The position numbers and the translations under genes were made by a program. A DNA stretch of 32,000 bases from Alkalilimnicola ehrlichii MLHE-1 (lineage in GTDB: Bacteria; Pseudomonadota; Gammaproteobacteria; Nitrococcales; Halorhodospiraceae). Below, piece by piece: positions 17,764-30,040 of this stretch; within the stretch, counting starts at the first letter, position 1; the number at the start of each line of letters is the position of its first letter. The DNA lies in NCBI RefSeq assembly GCF_000014785.1, contig NC_008340.1:2940001-2972000 (forward strand). The letters run 5' to 3'. The notes beneath the pieces were generated by a model. The model was not told where the DNA came from. It saw nothing but the letters and a program-made list of their open reading frames with translations, and searched no databases.

Positions 17764-19032
17764 TCAGACTTCCAGCAACAGCCGGGTCGGATCCTCCAGG
17801 CACTCCTTGATGGTCACCAGGAACTGCACCGCCTCGCGGCCGTCGATGATCCGGTGATCGTAGGAGTGGGCGAGGTACATCATCGGCCGGATCACCACCT
17901 GCCCATTCTCGGCCATGGGCCGCTCCTGGATCTTGTGCATACCCAGGATGCCGCTCTGCGGCGGATTGAGAATGGGGGTGGAGAGCAGCGAGCCGAAGAT
18001 GCCGCCGTTGGTGATGGTGAAGGTGCCACCGGTCAACTCCTCCATGGAGAGCTTGCCCTCGCGCGCCTTCTGGCCAAATTCGGCGATCTTGGCCTCGATC
18101 TCGGCAAAGCTCATCTGGTCGGCGTCACGCAGCACCGGCACCACCAGGCCACGGGGCGAGGAGACGGCGATGCCCACATCGTAATAGCCGTGGTACATGA
18201 TGTCCTTGCCGTCAATGGAGGCATTGACGGCGGGGAAGCGCTGGAGGGCCTCGACCGCGGCCTTCACAAAGAAGGACATGAAGCCCAGCTTGATGCCGTG
18301 GGTCTTCTCAAACTTGTCCTTATACTGCCCCCGGGTGTTCATCACCGGCTGCATGTTCACCTCATTAAAGGTGGTGAGCATGGCGGCGGTCTGCTGGGCC
18401 TCGACCAGGCGCTCGGCGATCCGCTGGCGCAGCCGGGTCATGGGCACCCGCTTCTCCGGCCGGTCGGCGGCATCGGCGGAGACCTGCGGGGCGGCCGCGG
18501 CAGCCGGCTGCCCCGCAGCGGGCTGCTGGACCGGCTGGGTCTCGCCCTTCATGAAGCGGACCACGTCCTCCTTGGTGATGCGGCCCGCCCGACCGGTGCC
18601 GGGGATCTGCTTCGGGTCCAGGTTGTTCTCCTCGACCAGGCGCCGGGCAGCCGGCGGCAGGTCAGCCAGGTCCTCGGCCGGGGCGCTGGCAGCCGCCGGC
18701 GCCTCGGCGGGCTTCGGCGCGGGGGCGGAGGCAGCCTCCTGCTTGGGCGCCGGGGCCGCTTCAGCCGGCTTGGACTCAGCCTTGGCGGGGGCCGCCCCTT
18801 CCTCCAGCTTGCCCAGCACCTCGTCGGCGGTGACGGTGTCCCCTTCGTTCTTGAACCGCTCCCCCATCACGCCATCGGCCGGGGCGGGCACCTCGAGCAC
18901 GACCTTGTCGGTCTCCAGGTCCACCAGGTTCTCGTCCCGGGACACAGCGTCGCCCGGCTGCTTGTGCCAGGCGACCACAGTGGCTTCAGAAACGGACTCC
19001 GGCAACGGCGGCACTTTGACTTCGATGCTCAT
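17764..19032 (-). CDS. sucB: Dihydrolipoamide succinyltransferase (E2 of 2-oxoglutarate dehydrogenase)
   Basis: 422 aa. Lipoyl domain ([16 protein letters not shown]), Ala/Pro linker, E3-binding domain ([14 protein letters not shown]), and a catalytic domain ending in [13 protein letters not shown]. Confidence 0.95.
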   Translation of the reverse strand: MSIEVKVPPLPESVSEATVVAWHKQPGDAVSRDENLVDLETDKVVLEVPAPADGVMGERFKNEGDTVTADEVLGKLEEGAAPAKAESKPAEAAPAPKQEAASAPAPKPAEAPAAASAPAEDLADLPPAARRLVEENNLDPKQIPGTGRAGRITKEDVVRFMKGETQPVQQPAAGQPAAAAAPQVSADAADRPEKRVPMTRLRQRIAERLVEAQQTAAMLTTFNEVNMQPVMNTRGQYKDKFEKTHGIKLGFMSFFVKAAVEALQRFPAVNASIDGKDIMYHGYYDVGIAVSSPRGLVVPVLRDADQMSFAEIEAKIAEFGQKAREGKLSMEELTGGTFTITNGGIFGSLLSTPILNPPQSGILGMHKIQERPMAENGQVVIRPMMYLAHSYDHRIIDGREAVQFLVTIKECLEDPTRLLLEV

Positions 19033-19121
19033 CGACTCCTCGCTTCAGACTTTTTTTAGTGTCTGCTTGTTCGGGTGAAACAGGTCGGGCGACCAACGAG
19101 GCCGCCCGGTAAACGGTCGGA

Positions 19122-21947
<2,826 letters not shown>

Positions 21948-22554
21948 CGGTTAGCTCACCTGCCTGATTCGGGCGATTGCGGGTGGACAGGTCGCACGCT
22001 CCCCTCGCGCGCGCCCGTAGCCGGGACGTACCGCAAGGGTCGGCGAACCTGAGAGAAAATCAAGAACCGAAGGGAACCGGACAGGGGCACGGCGAGACAG
22101 GCACATTGGCGACGCGACCACCCCCGCCTCCATGATCACGCCCTCTCCCGCGGCACATCGCAGGGCAGGGAACGGGCGATGACCCAGGCCAGCAGGGGAC
22201 AAAGACCCTGGGGGGTAGCCCCGTGGGGAGGGGGAAACGGCGTCGGTGTGGCGGTCTCTTGCTGCATCTCGGGTGCGGATGCCTCCAGACGTGGGCGCCG
22301 GTCTGTCGCGGGCGCCACGTTCTTCTCCTCGTTTACCCATCCGGATTATGTTCTGGCAATGATGTGTTCCGGCCACGCCGGCCTTGGCGGAAAACCGCCA
22401 GGATGAGCGCTGCCGGACAACATTTAAATTAATTGTAGGCCGCATCGGCAACGACTGCCGGCGGCTGCCAGAACGCTGTTGTTATGCGCTATAAAATAAC
22501 CCGTAAGGGCCCGTTCGCGCAAGGTGCTGCCGCAGTGCAGCAACCGCCAGACCG

Positions 22555-23343
22555 CTAGTCCACCCGCTCCTCGGGGGTTGCAGTCCGCCGCGCCAGGAGG
22601 ATCCCCAACTCGTAAAGCAGGTAGACGGGGACCGCCAGCAGCACTTGCGAGATCACGTCCGGCGGGGTCAACAGCATGCCCAGGACGAAGGCCCCGACGA
22701 TAACATAGGGCCGCTTGGCTGCCAGCGCCTCCCGCGTGGTGGCCCCGGTGCGCACCATCAGGATGGTGGCCACCGGCACCTGGAACGCCACACCAAAGGC
22801 AAAAAAGAGGGTAAGCACGAAGGACAGATATTCGCTGATATCCGTCATCATCGACACCCCTTCGGGGGTTGTGGCCGCGAAGAAGGAAAAGGCCAGCGGA
22901 AACACCACAAAGTAGGCAAACGCCGCACCCCCGTAGAACAGGAAGGTGCTGGCCACCACCAGCGGCCCCACCAGGCGGCGCTCATGCCGGTAGAGGCCGG
23001 GGGCCACAAAGGCCCAGGCCTGGTAGAGGGTATAGGGGATGGTGAGGAAGATGGCCGCCACCAGGGCCAGCTTCATCGGGATCAGGAAGGGCGAGGCCAC
23101 CTTGATGGCGATCATCGAGGTGCCCTCCGGCAGCACCGCCCGCAGCGGTCCGGAGACAAACTGGTAGATCTCGTCGGCAAAGGGATAGAGCGCCAGAAAG
23201 GCGACCAGGATCACCACCACCGCGCGGAACAGTCGGCTGCGCAACTCCAGCAGGTGGCTCAGCAGCGGCTGGTCCTCCAAGGCCTCCTGGTTGGAATCCC
23301 GTTGCTGGTCGTCGCGATCCCGGTCCGGGGAACGGTCACTCAC
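22555..23343 (-). CDS. tatC: Twin-arginine translocase subunit TatC
   Basis: 262 aa, polytopic membrane protein (PLLSHLLELRSRL..., six hydrophobic segments). The GTG start overlaps the tatB stop (GTGA at 23340..23343). Confidence 0.9.
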   Translation of the reverse strand: MSDRSPDRDRDDQQRDSNQEALEDQPLLSHLLELRSRLFRAVVVILVAFLALYPFADEIYQFVSGPLRAVLPEGTSMIAIKVASPFLIPMKLALVAAIFLTIPYTLYQAWAFVAPGLYRHERRLVGPLVVASTFLFYGGAAFAYFVVFPLAFSFFAATTPEGVSMMTDISEYLSFVLTLFFAFGVAFQVPVATILMVRTGATTREALAAKRPYVIVGAFVLGMLLTPPDVISQVLLAVPVYLLYELGILLARRTATPEERVD

Positions 23344-23879
23344 TGACGCTTCTCCTCACCACCACCGCCCTGCCCTTTGCGGGCCGTGTCCTCGCTCTGC
23401 TGCGCCGGCGCGGCCTCGGCTGGCTCACCGCGCTCACCCGCAGCCGTCCGCCCGCCGCCGGCCGGCGGCTGGTCGCTGCCCCGCTGGTCGGTCAGGCCGG
23501 ACGGGTCGCCGGCGCCCGCTGAGCGGGCGTCATCGCCCCCGGCCCCGGAGGCTGCTCCCTTCGCCGCATCATCCGCCTGCCGGCCGACGTCGCGGAAGGT
23601 CTTGCCGACGCCATCGGCCTCCGCCTCGAAGCGTCGGGCGTTCTTCTCCACGTCCTTGCGCACCTTGTCCACATCCTTGCGCACCGACTCGGTGGCCTTG
23701 CGCATCTCCTCGACCTGCAATTCGCGCTCCACCTCCGACTTCGCCGCGTTGAAGGCCGCGCGGGCCTTGCCCATGTAGAGCCCGGCCATGCGCACGGCCC
23801 GCGCCATCCGCTCCGGTCCGAGGATCAGCAGGCCGATGAGCATGATGATGAGGACCTCCCAGAAACCAAGGTCAAACAT
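23340..23879 (-). CDS. tatB: Twin-arginine translocase subunit TatB
   Basis: 179 aa. N-terminal MFDLGFWEVLIIMLIGLLILGPERMARAVR (TatA/B family TM helix plus amphipathic helix) and a long charged tail. It lies between tatA and tatC. Confidence 0.85.
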   Translation of the reverse strand: MFDLGFWEVLIIMLIGLLILGPERMARAVRMAGLYMGKARAAFNAAKSEVERELQVEEMRKATESVRKDVDKVRKDVEKNARRFEAEADGVGKTFRDVGRQADDAAKGAASGAGGDDARSAGAGDPSGLTDQRGSDQPPAGGGRTAAGERGEPAEAAPAQQSEDTARKGQGGGGEEKRQ

Positions 23880-23908
23880 GGGCGGCGTCCTCGCTCAGCG
23901 GCGTCGGT

Positions 23909-24181
23909 TCAGGAGGAGTGACGATCGCGGGGCTGCTCGCTACGCTCACCCTCGATGGTGTGGCCCTCGCCGGATTCCTTTTCCTCCTCCGGCGGCTGCT
24001 CCAGCTTGGAGGGTTCGGACTTCTCCCCCTCCTTGGCGCCTTCCTCGCCCTCCTTCATGGCGTCCTTGAAGCCCTTGATGGCACCGCCCATGTCGGTGCC
24101 CATGTTGCGCAGCTTCTTGGTGCCGAACACCAGCAGCACGATCAGCAAAACAATCAGCAAGGTCCAGGGGCTGATACCCAT
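23909..24181 (-). CDS. tatA: Twin-arginine translocase subunit TatA
   Basis: 90 aa. [44 protein letters not shown] is the canonical TatA N-terminus. Confidence 0.9.
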   Translation of the reverse strand: MGISPWTLLIVLLIVLLVFGTKKLRNMGTDMGGAIKGFKDAMKEGEEGAKEGEKSEPSKLEQPPEEEKESGEGHTIEGERSEQPRDRHSS

Positions 24182-24214
24182 AATAAACTCCTCCGGGGCC
24201 CGGGGCCCGCTCTA

Positions 24215-24544
24215 CTACTGCCCGTTACGGGCCGCTTTTTCGTCGATGCCGGACAACCCGAATCGACGCTCAAGTTCCGCCAGCACGTCGTCCGGCCCGG
24301 CATCACAGGCCGACAACATGATTAGGCTATGGAACCACAGATCGGCGGTTTCATAAATGACCTGTGAACGATCCCCCCCCTTGGCCGCCACCACCGCCTC
24401 GGTGGCCTCCTCGCCGACCTTCTTGAGGATGGCGTCCAGCCCCTTGTGGTGCAGCTTCGCCACATAGGAGGTGGCCGGGTCCGCCTGCCGGCGCTCTTCC
24501 AGCACCTCGGCCAGGGCCTTGAGGATATCGCGTTGTTCACTCAT
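24215..24544 (-). CDS. hisE: Phosphoribosyl-ATP pyrophosphatase
   Basis: The true start is ATG 24544 ([77 protein letters not shown]...), giving 109 aa. It overlaps the hisF stop (ATGA at 24541..24544). The 250-aa track ORF is an out-of-context upstream extension inside hisF. Confidence 0.85.
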   Translation of the reverse strand: MSEQRDILKALAEVLEERRQADPATSYVAKLHHKGLDAILKKVGEEATEAVVAAKGGDRSQVIYETADLWFHSLIMLSACDAGPDDVLAELERRFGLSGIDEKAARNGQ

Positions 24545-25338
24545 ACGTCGGTCCGCTCGTCGCCGGTGATGCGCACCGTGATGCCGCGCTCGGCCATCAG
24601 CCGCTTGGCCTCGGCCACGGTGTAGCGCCCGAAATGGAAGATGCTGGCGGCCAGTACCGCGTCGGCCCCCCCCTCCAGGACGCCGTCGGCCAGGTCCGAC
24701 AGGGTGCCGACACCGCCGGAGGCGATCACCGGCACCGGCACAGCGTCGCTCACCGCCCGGGTCAGCGCCAGGTCGAACCCGGCCTGGGTGCCATCCCGGT
24801 CCATGCTGGTGAGCAGGATCTCGCCCGCACCCAGTTCGGCCATGCGGCCCGCCCACTCGACCGCATCCAGACCGGTCGCCTTGCGACCACCGTGGGTGAA
24901 CACCTCCCAGCGCGCCGGCTCGTCCGCCCGGCTGACCTGCTTGGCGTCCACCGCCACCACGATGCACTGGGAACCGAAGCGCTCGGCGGCCTCGGCCACG
25001 AACTCGGGCCGGGCCACCGCGGCGGTGTTGATGCCGACCTTGTCGGCACCGGCATTGAGCATGCGGCGGATGTCCGCCACCTCGCGGATCCCACCACCCA
25101 CCGTGAGCGGGATGAAGACCTGGCTGGCCACCTTCTCCACCACCTGCACCATGGTATCGCGCCGCTCGTGGCTAGCGGTAATGTCCAGGAAGGTGATCTC
25201 GTCGGCGCCCATGGCGTCGTACCGCCGGGCGATCTCCACCGGGTCGCCGGCATCGCGGATGTCCACGAACTTGACGCCCTTGACCACCCGGCCGCCGTCC
25301 ACGTCCAGACAGGGGATAATGCGCTTGGCGACGGTCAC
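24541..25338 (-). CDS. hisF: Imidazole glycerol phosphate synthase, cyclase subunit
   Basis: 265 aa. [20 protein letters not shown] and [13 protein letters not shown] are characteristic. The GTG start overlaps the hisA stop (GTGA at 25335..25338). Confidence 0.95.
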   Translation of the reverse strand: MTVAKRIIPCLDVDGGRVVKGVKFVDIRDAGDPVEIARRYDAMGADEITFLDITASHERRDTMVQVVEKVASQVFIPLTVGGGIREVADIRRMLNAGADKVGINTAAVARPEFVAEAAERFGSQCIVVAVDAKQVSRADEPARWEVFTHGGRKATGLDAVEWAGRMAELGAGEILLTSMDRDGTQAGFDLALTRAVSDAVPVPVIASGGVGTLSDLADGVLEGGADAVLAASIFHFGRYTVAEAKRLMAERGITVRITGDERTDV

Positions 25339-26105
25339 GGCTTCACCCCGCAGAGCTCGTCGGCCAACCCCTGGGCCTCGGCCAGATCCAGGCTGCCCTC
25401 GTAGAGCGCCCGGCCGACAATGGCCCCGCTGATGCCGTCACCGGCGGCGGCACACAGCGCGCGCACATCCTCCAGGCTGGACACGCCTCCGGAGGCGATC
25501 ACCGGGATGGTGATGGCGCGGGCCAGCTCACGGGTGGCCTCGATATTCACCCCTTTCATCATGCCGTCACGGCCGATGTCGGTGAAGACAATGGCATTGA
25601 CCCCGGCGGCCTCGAACCGGCGGGCCAGGTCCACCGCTCGCACCTCGGAGACCTGCTCCCAGCCGTCGGTGGCCACCCGGCCGTCACGGGCGTCCAGGCC
25701 GACGATGATATGCCCGGGGAAGGCCTGACAGGCCTCGGTGACGAACTCCGGCCGGCGCACCGCCTGGGTGCCGATGATCAGATCATCCACCCCGGCCTCG
25801 CGGTAGCCGCGGATGGTGTCCAGGTCACGGATGCCGCCGCCCACCTGGATGCGCAGGTCAGGATAGCGGGTGGCGATGCGGTGGATGATCTCGGCATTGA
25901 CCGGCTTGCCGGCGACCGCACCGTTGAGATCCACCAGGTGCAGGCGCCGGGTACCGGCGGCCACCCAGCGACCGGCCATGGCAACGGGGTCGTCGGAGAA
26001 GACCGTCTCATCGTCCATGCGCCCCTGGCGCAGGCGGACGCAGCGGCCGTCCTTGAGATCGATGGCGGGTATCAGCTGCATGGCATCACTCATCCGTTTA
26101 CTCAC
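25335..26105 (-). CDS. hisA: 1-(5-phosphoribosyl)-5-[(5-phosphoribosylamino)methylideneamino]imidazole-4-carboxamide isomerase
   Basis: The [17 protein letters not shown]... motif identifies HisA. The longest ORF starts at 26105, overlapping hisH by 8 nt. The internal ATG at 26081 ([12 protein letters not shown]) is an equally plausible start. Confidence 0.9.
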   Translation of the reverse strand: MSKRMSDAMQLIPAIDLKDGRCVRLRQGRMDDETVFSDDPVAMAGRWVAAGTRRLHLVDLNGAVAGKPVNAEIIHRIATRYPDLRIQVGGGIRDLDTIRGYREAGVDDLIIGTQAVRRPEFVTEACQAFPGHIIVGLDARDGRVATDGWEQVSEVRAVDLARRFEAAGVNAIVFTDIGRDGMMKGVNIEATRELARAITIPVIASGGVSSLEDVRALCAAAGDGISGAIVGRALYEGSLDLAEAQGLADELCGVKP

Positions 26106-26742
26106 TGCCGTCCCAGCGCAGGAAGTTGCCCAGCAGTATCAGGCCCGGGCGCTGGCTCTTCTCCGGGTGGAACTGGGTGGCGAAGACATTGCCGCGGGCG
26201 AGGGCGCTGGCAAATGTCAACCCGTACTCGGTTTGCCCGGCCACCCACTTATCCCGCTCCGGCGCCACGTAATAGCTGTGCACGAAGTAAAACCAGCTGC
26301 GGTCGGGGATGTCCGCCCACAGTGGATGGTCCTGCACCTGGTGCACCTGATTCCACCCCATGTGCGGCACCTTCAGCCGGCGGCCCTCCGGGTCCTGCCG
26401 ATCGGCGGGGAAACGGCGCACCTCACCGGGCAGGATATCCAGCGCCTCGGTGCCTGCGTTCTCCTCGCTGCGGCTCAGCAGCGCCTGCATGCCCAGGCAG
26501 ACCCCCAGGAAGGGTTTGCTCCGGGCCGACTCGCGCAGCACCTCCACCAACTCGAGGCGCTGCAGCTCGCTCATACAGTCACGGATGGCCCCCACCCCCG
26601 GGAAGACCACCCGTTCCGCCCGGCGCACCTCGTCAGCGTCGGAGGTGATGCGCACCCGGCCGCTGCCGCCGGCAGACTCCAGGGCGCGCGAGACCGAACG
26701 CAGGTTGCCCATGCCGTAGTCCACCACTGCCACCAGGCCCAT
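26098..26742 (-). CDS. hisH: Imidazole glycerol phosphate synthase, glutamine amidotransferase subunit
   Basis: 214 aa. [11 protein letters not shown], the nucleophile region [11 protein letters not shown], and QFHPEKS. The start overlaps the hisB stop by 1 nt (TAATG). Confidence 0.95.
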   Translation of the reverse strand: MGLVAVVDYGMGNLRSVSRALESAGGSGRVRITSDADEVRRAERVVFPGVGAIRDCMSELQRLELVEVLRESARSKPFLGVCLGMQALLSRSEENAGTEALDILPGEVRRFPADRQDPEGRRLKVPHMGWNQVHQVQDHPLWADIPDRSWFYFVHSYYVAPERDKWVAGQTEYGLTFASALARGNVFATQFHPEKSQRPGLILLGNFLRWDGSE

Positions 26743-27335
26743 TACAGCGCCCCCTTTGTAGAGGGAATGCGGTCGGCCTGGCGCGGGTCGGCTTCGGCGG
26801 CCATTCGCAGCGCCCGGCCCAGCGCCTTGAACACCGTCTCTGCCTGATGGTGGGCGTTGATGCCCCGCAGGTTGTCCACGTGCAGGGTCAACGCGGCGTG
26901 ATTGACCAGACCCTGGAAGAATTCCTGGAACAGGTCCACGTCGAACTGGCCGATGCGGGCGCGTACGAAATCCACGTGGAACTGCAGCCCGGGGCGGCCG
27001 GAGAAGTCCACTACCACCCGCGAGAGGGCCTCGTCCAGCGGCACATAGGCGTGGCCATACCGGCGAATGCCCTTCTTGTCACCGAGGGCCTGGGCCAAGG
27101 CCTGGCCCAAGGTAATGCCGACGTCCTCCACCGTGTGGTGGTCGTCGATATGGGTGTCGCCGTCGGCCTCGATATCCAGGTCGATCAGGCCGTGGCGGGC
27201 CACTTGGTCGAGCATGTGCTCCATAAAGGGCACGCCGATGCGAATACGGGATTCGCCGGTGCCGTCCAGGTCCAGCCGCACCTTCACCCGCGTTTCCAGG
27301 GTGTCGCGCTGCACCTCGGCGCTGCGATTCATCAT
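26742..27335 (-). CDS. hisB: Imidazoleglycerol-phosphate dehydratase
   Basis: I place the start at ATG 27335 ([27 protein letters not shown]...), giving 197 aa. Mn-binding His-rich motifs are present: [11 protein letters not shown] and [12 protein letters not shown]. Confidence 0.9.
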   Translation of the reverse strand: MMNRSAEVQRDTLETRVKVRLDLDGTGESRIRIGVPFMEHMLDQVARHGLIDLDIEADGDTHIDDHHTVEDVGITLGQALAQALGDKKGIRRYGHAYVPLDEALSRVVVDFSGRPGLQFHVDFVRARIGQFDVDLFQEFFQGLVNHAALTLHVDNLRGINAHHQAETVFKALGRALRMAAEADPRQADRIPSTKGAL

Positions 27336-27396
27336 GATGGGGTGCTCACCTGTGAAAGGGTCATGCCAGAGGGCGTTTTCACGATTGCGACCGCCG

Positions 27397-27405
27397 AGCA
27401 TACCA
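27397..27405 (-). promoter_or_regulatory. Extended -10 promoter candidate (TGGTATGCT) upstream of hisB
   Basis: The minus strand reads TGgTATGCT about 60 nt upstream of the hisB ATG, in the 126-nt dtd-hisB gap. There is no good -35, and no His-codon leader peptide. Confidence 0.25.
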
Positions 27406-27461
27406 CAACCGGCGGCTGCGGCCCGCCTTCCGCCAGCCACGACGGTGATGGCGGATCCGGC

Positions 27462-27914
27462 TCAGGCCGCTGACGGCCGGGCCTCCAGCCAGAAGGTCAC
27501 CGGGCCGTCGTTAATCAGGTGCACCTGCATGTCGGCAGCAAACCGGCCCGCCTCCACCGGCACCCCGCTCTCCCGCGCCAGCCCCAGCAGCCGATGGAAC
27601 AGCGCCTCGCCCCGCTCCGGTGACGCCGCCGGGGCAAAGCTGGCCCGCATGCCCTTGCGGGTGTCCGCGGCCAGGGTGAACTGCGGCACCAACAACAGGC
27701 CGCCCCCGATGTCGCGGACCGAGCGGTTCATCCGACCCGCCTCATCCGGAAACACCCGGTAACCCAGGATGCGCTCCAGCAGGCGACGGGCCTGCGGCTC
27801 ATCATCATCACGCTGCACCCCGATCAGCGCCAGTAGTCCGCGCCCGGTGCGCCCGACCACCACGCCATCCACCTCAACCCGGGCCTCCCTGACCCGCTGA
27901 ATGAGTCCGATCAT
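27462..27914 (-). CDS. dtd: D-aminoacyl-tRNA (D-Tyr-tRNA) deacylase
   Basis: I place the start at ATG 27914 (MIGLIQRVREARVEVDGVVVG...), giving 150 aa. It contains the SQFTLAADT-like motif (VPQFTLAADTRKGMRASF). AGGAGA RBS upstream. Confidence 0.9.
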   Translation of the reverse strand: MIGLIQRVREARVEVDGVVVGRTGRGLLALIGVQRDDDEPQARRLLERILGYRVFPDEAGRMNRSVRDIGGGLLLVPQFTLAADTRKGMRASFAPAASPERGEALFHRLLGLARESGVPVEAGRFAADMQVHLINDGPVTFWLEARPSAA

Positions 27915-27960
27915 GACTGACGTCTGTCTCCTGAATCGCTCGACGGTCCCCCTACGCAAC

Positions 27961-27986
27961 GGGCCGTCTCCACTGGGAGACGGCCC
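27961..27986 (-). other. Perfect 11-bp stem-loop between the Trp-rich gene and dtd (terminator-like but without a U-tract)
   Basis: GGGCCGTCTCC-ACTG-GGAGACGGCCC. Confidence 0.5.
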
Positions 27987-28046
27987 GTCAACTCAGCCGG
28001 ACTGCCCCGGGGGGCCATCTAACCGCCCCTCCGGGACACACGCCGG

Positions 28047-28604
28047 TCAGCGCTTGCTGCGGCTGCCGCCCTTGGGCGGCGCCTTAGTCGCTTTGCTACT
28101 CTCGACACCGGTTTCGGCACCCATCTGGGTGGCGGTCTTGGACAGCTCGGTCAGGGCGTCCTGGGCCCGTTGGGTGGCCTCCTGCCAGGCCTGCAACACC
28201 CGCCGGCCTTCCTCATCCCAGTTGCCGCCCATGTTCGAGGGGTCGACACTACGGGCACTTTCAAACCAGGCATTCCAGAGCTGGCCCTGGGCCTCGGTCC
28301 AGGCCTTCATCATCTCCTGCACCTGCTGCACCCACTGGGAGACCGCCTCCGGGGTCTGACCGTCCTTCTCCAGCGCCTCGGCCCAGTGCCGGCTCCACTG
28401 GCTCTGCGCCTCCAGGGCATCGCGGACCGCCTGCTCCCAGGCCTCCAGATTCCGCTGGTATTCCCGCTGCACGGTTTCCATACCCTCCGCGGAACCACCG
28501 GGTGCACCCATCCCCTTCATGGCCTGCAGCCAGCTGTCCCACATCTGCTGCTGCATGCTGGTCCAGTTCTGGACCATGTCTTCCATCTGCTTATTCCAGC
28601 TCAT
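28047..28604 (-). CDS. Trp-rich helical protein with a basic C-terminal tail; possibly phasin-like or related to the PhaE N-terminus (function uncertain)
   Basis: 185-aa ORF with AAGGAG 9 nt upstream of ATG 28604. It has 13 Trp (7%), arranged in recurring W-x2/3-W and AW-x-(E/Q)A patterns. It is Gln/Glu/Ala-rich and ends in KATKAPPKGGSRSKR. Confidence 0.5.
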   Translation of the reverse strand: MSWNKQMEDMVQNWTSMQQQMWDSWLQAMKGMGAPGGSAEGMETVQREYQRNLEAWEQAVRDALEAQSQWSRHWAEALEKDGQTPEAVSQWVQQVQEMMKAWTEAQGQLWNAWFESARSVDPSNMGGNWDEEGRRVLQAWQEATQRAQDALTELSKTATQMGAETGVESSKATKAPPKGGSRSKR

Positions 28605-28739
28605 TATCGGTGACTCCTTCAGTTGCCGTCGGGCTGAATCGGCGCGTGCTCGCCCAAGTACCGCACGTCCTCCCGGGAAAGTCTAACGCCTGAAGGCCAT
28701 TCCGCCAGACTTGCAAGCACGCTGCAGTCCGGGTTAGCT

Positions 28740-29666
28740 ATGCCACCGTCGCCCGACGCCGTGAATGCCATGAACCGATCAACCCTGCTGCACCTGCTGC
28801 TCACCGCCCTGTCGCTGCTCCCGCTTGCGGTCATGCACCGCCTGGGTGCGGCCCTGGGCCCGTGGCTGACCCGCCCGGGCAGTCGCTCCGGCGATGTGCT
28901 CCGGCGCAACCTCGCGATCTGCTTTCCGGACCTGCCCGAGGCCGAACGCGCCACCCTGACCCACGCCGCCCAGCGGGAGTTCGGCCGCCAGGTGCTGGAG
29001 GTGCCGGCACTGTTCCGCCGCCCGGTGGCCGAGCTCCTAAGCCGGGTCGAACGGGTAGAGGGGGCCGAGGTGCTGGACGCCGCCTACCGCCGCGGCCGCG
29101 GGGTGATCATCGCGGCCCCGCACCTGGGGTCATGGGAGTTGCTCAATCTCTGGGTGGCGCGCCACTACCCGTTGCACTTCCTTTACCGGCCCCCGCGACA
29201 GCCGGCCCTGGAGCCGATCATGGTGGCCGCCCGCAACCGCGGGGGCGGCCGGGCCCTGCCCGCCAACACCGCCGGCCTGCGCGCACTGTACAAGGCGCTG
29301 CGCGCCGGCGACGTGGTGGGCATCCTGCCGGACCAGGAACCGCCCGAGGAGGAGGGCCGCTTCGCCCCCTTCTTCGGCCGCCCGGCACTGACCATGGACC
29401 TGCCGGTGAAGCTGGCGGCCCGGCAGCGGGCCCCGGTTGTGTTCGGCTATGCCCGCAGGCTGGCACGCGGCGGGCGTTGGGTGATCCGCTTCCGGCCCGC
29501 GCCGGCGGCCATTCACGCCAGCGATGCGGCGGAGGCGCTGGCGGCCCTGAACGAGGGGGTCGAGGCCTGCGTGCGCGAGGTGCCCGAGCAGTACCTCTGG
29601 GCCTACAAGCGCTTCGCCCACGCACCGCCCGGCTGGGCGCGCGCCTACCCCAGGCGCCGGCGCTGA
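28740..29666 (+). CDS. LpxL/HtrB-family lipid A (lyso-lipid) late acyltransferase
   Basis: 308 aa. It has an N-terminal hydrophobic anchor (LLHLLLTALSLLPLAV), RRNLAICFPDL, the HX4E active-site motif in APHLGSWELL, and GILPDQEP. The alternative start is ATG 28770 (MNRSTLL...). Confidence 0.75.
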   Translation: MPPSPDAVNAMNRSTLLHLLLTALSLLPLAVMHRLGAALGPWLTRPGSRSGDVLRRNLAICFPDLPEAERATLTHAAQREFGRQVLEVPALFRRPVAELLSRVERVEGAEVLDAAYRRGRGVIIAAPHLGSWELLNLWVARHYPLHFLYRPPRQPALEPIMVAARNRGGGRALPANTAGLRALYKALRAGDVVGILPDQEPPEEEGRFAPFFGRPALTMDLPVKLAARQRAPVVFGYARRLARGGRWVIRFRPAPAAIHASDAAEALAALNEGVEACVREVPEQYLWAYKRFAHAPPGWARAYPRRRR

Positions 29667-29682
29667 GATACCCGGTCGCCGG

Positions 29683-30006
29683 CTAGGCGCCGCGTTGCCG
29701 CTCCAGCCGCCCGAGGAAGACGCGCATCTCCTTGACCGCCTGCTTGTCGCCCTGACCCTCCGCCACGTCGATGCCACGCCGGTAAGCGGTGATCGCCTCA
29801 TCCAGGCGCCCGTCCTCGGCCAGTGCGGCGGCGTACACCTTCCAGGCCGCCGAGTAGTGCTCGTCCTGCTCCAGCGCTGCCTCCAGGTGGGCAATGGCGC
29901 GCCCCGGCTCGCGCTGCTTGAGATACCCCGACCCCAGGCTCAGGCGCAGCATGGGGCTGTCGCGGCCGGTGGCCAGCATCTTCTCCAGGTTATCCAGCAT
30001 GCTCAT
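29683..30006 (-). CDS. Small tetratricopeptide-repeat (TPR) protein
   Basis: 107 aa with two or three TPR-like helical hairpins (LSLGSGYLKQREPGRAIAHLEAALEQDEHYSAAWKVYAAALAEDGRLDEAITAYRRGI). It begins 34 nt downstream of trkA. Confidence 0.6.
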   Translation of the reverse strand: MSMLDNLEKMLATGRDSPMLRLSLGSGYLKQREPGRAIAHLEAALEQDEHYSAAWKVYAAALAEDGRLDEAITAYRRGIDVAEGQGDKQAVKEMRVFLGRLERQRGA

Positions 30007-30040
30007 CGCGTCTCCCAGGGTCTGCTTGGTACGGGCGAAC

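Noticed and set aside
22013-22040. Possible fourth, degenerate copy of the repeat core upstream of sucA (shares GGGACGTAC with copy C).
   Set aside because: Only a 9-mer matches, with weak flanks and no flanking inverted repeats. In GC-rich DNA this is within chance expectation.
21951-22451. 166-aa minus-strand ORF and 69-75-aa plus-strand ORFs in the tatC-sucA gap.
   Set aside because: Their composition is Arg/Pro/Gly/Ala-rich, and they have no RBS and no recognisable domain. I treat the region as non-coding.
24545-24967. Upstream extension of the hisE ORF (250-aa version in the track).
   Set aside because: The extension lies entirely inside hisF in another frame and is Gly/Arg-rich. The conserved HisE sequence begins at the ATG at 24544.
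27336-27461. Possible histidine attenuator/leader peptide upstream of hisB.
   Set aside because: There is no run of His codons and no short leader ORF. Only a weak extended -10 candidate and minor hairpins are present.
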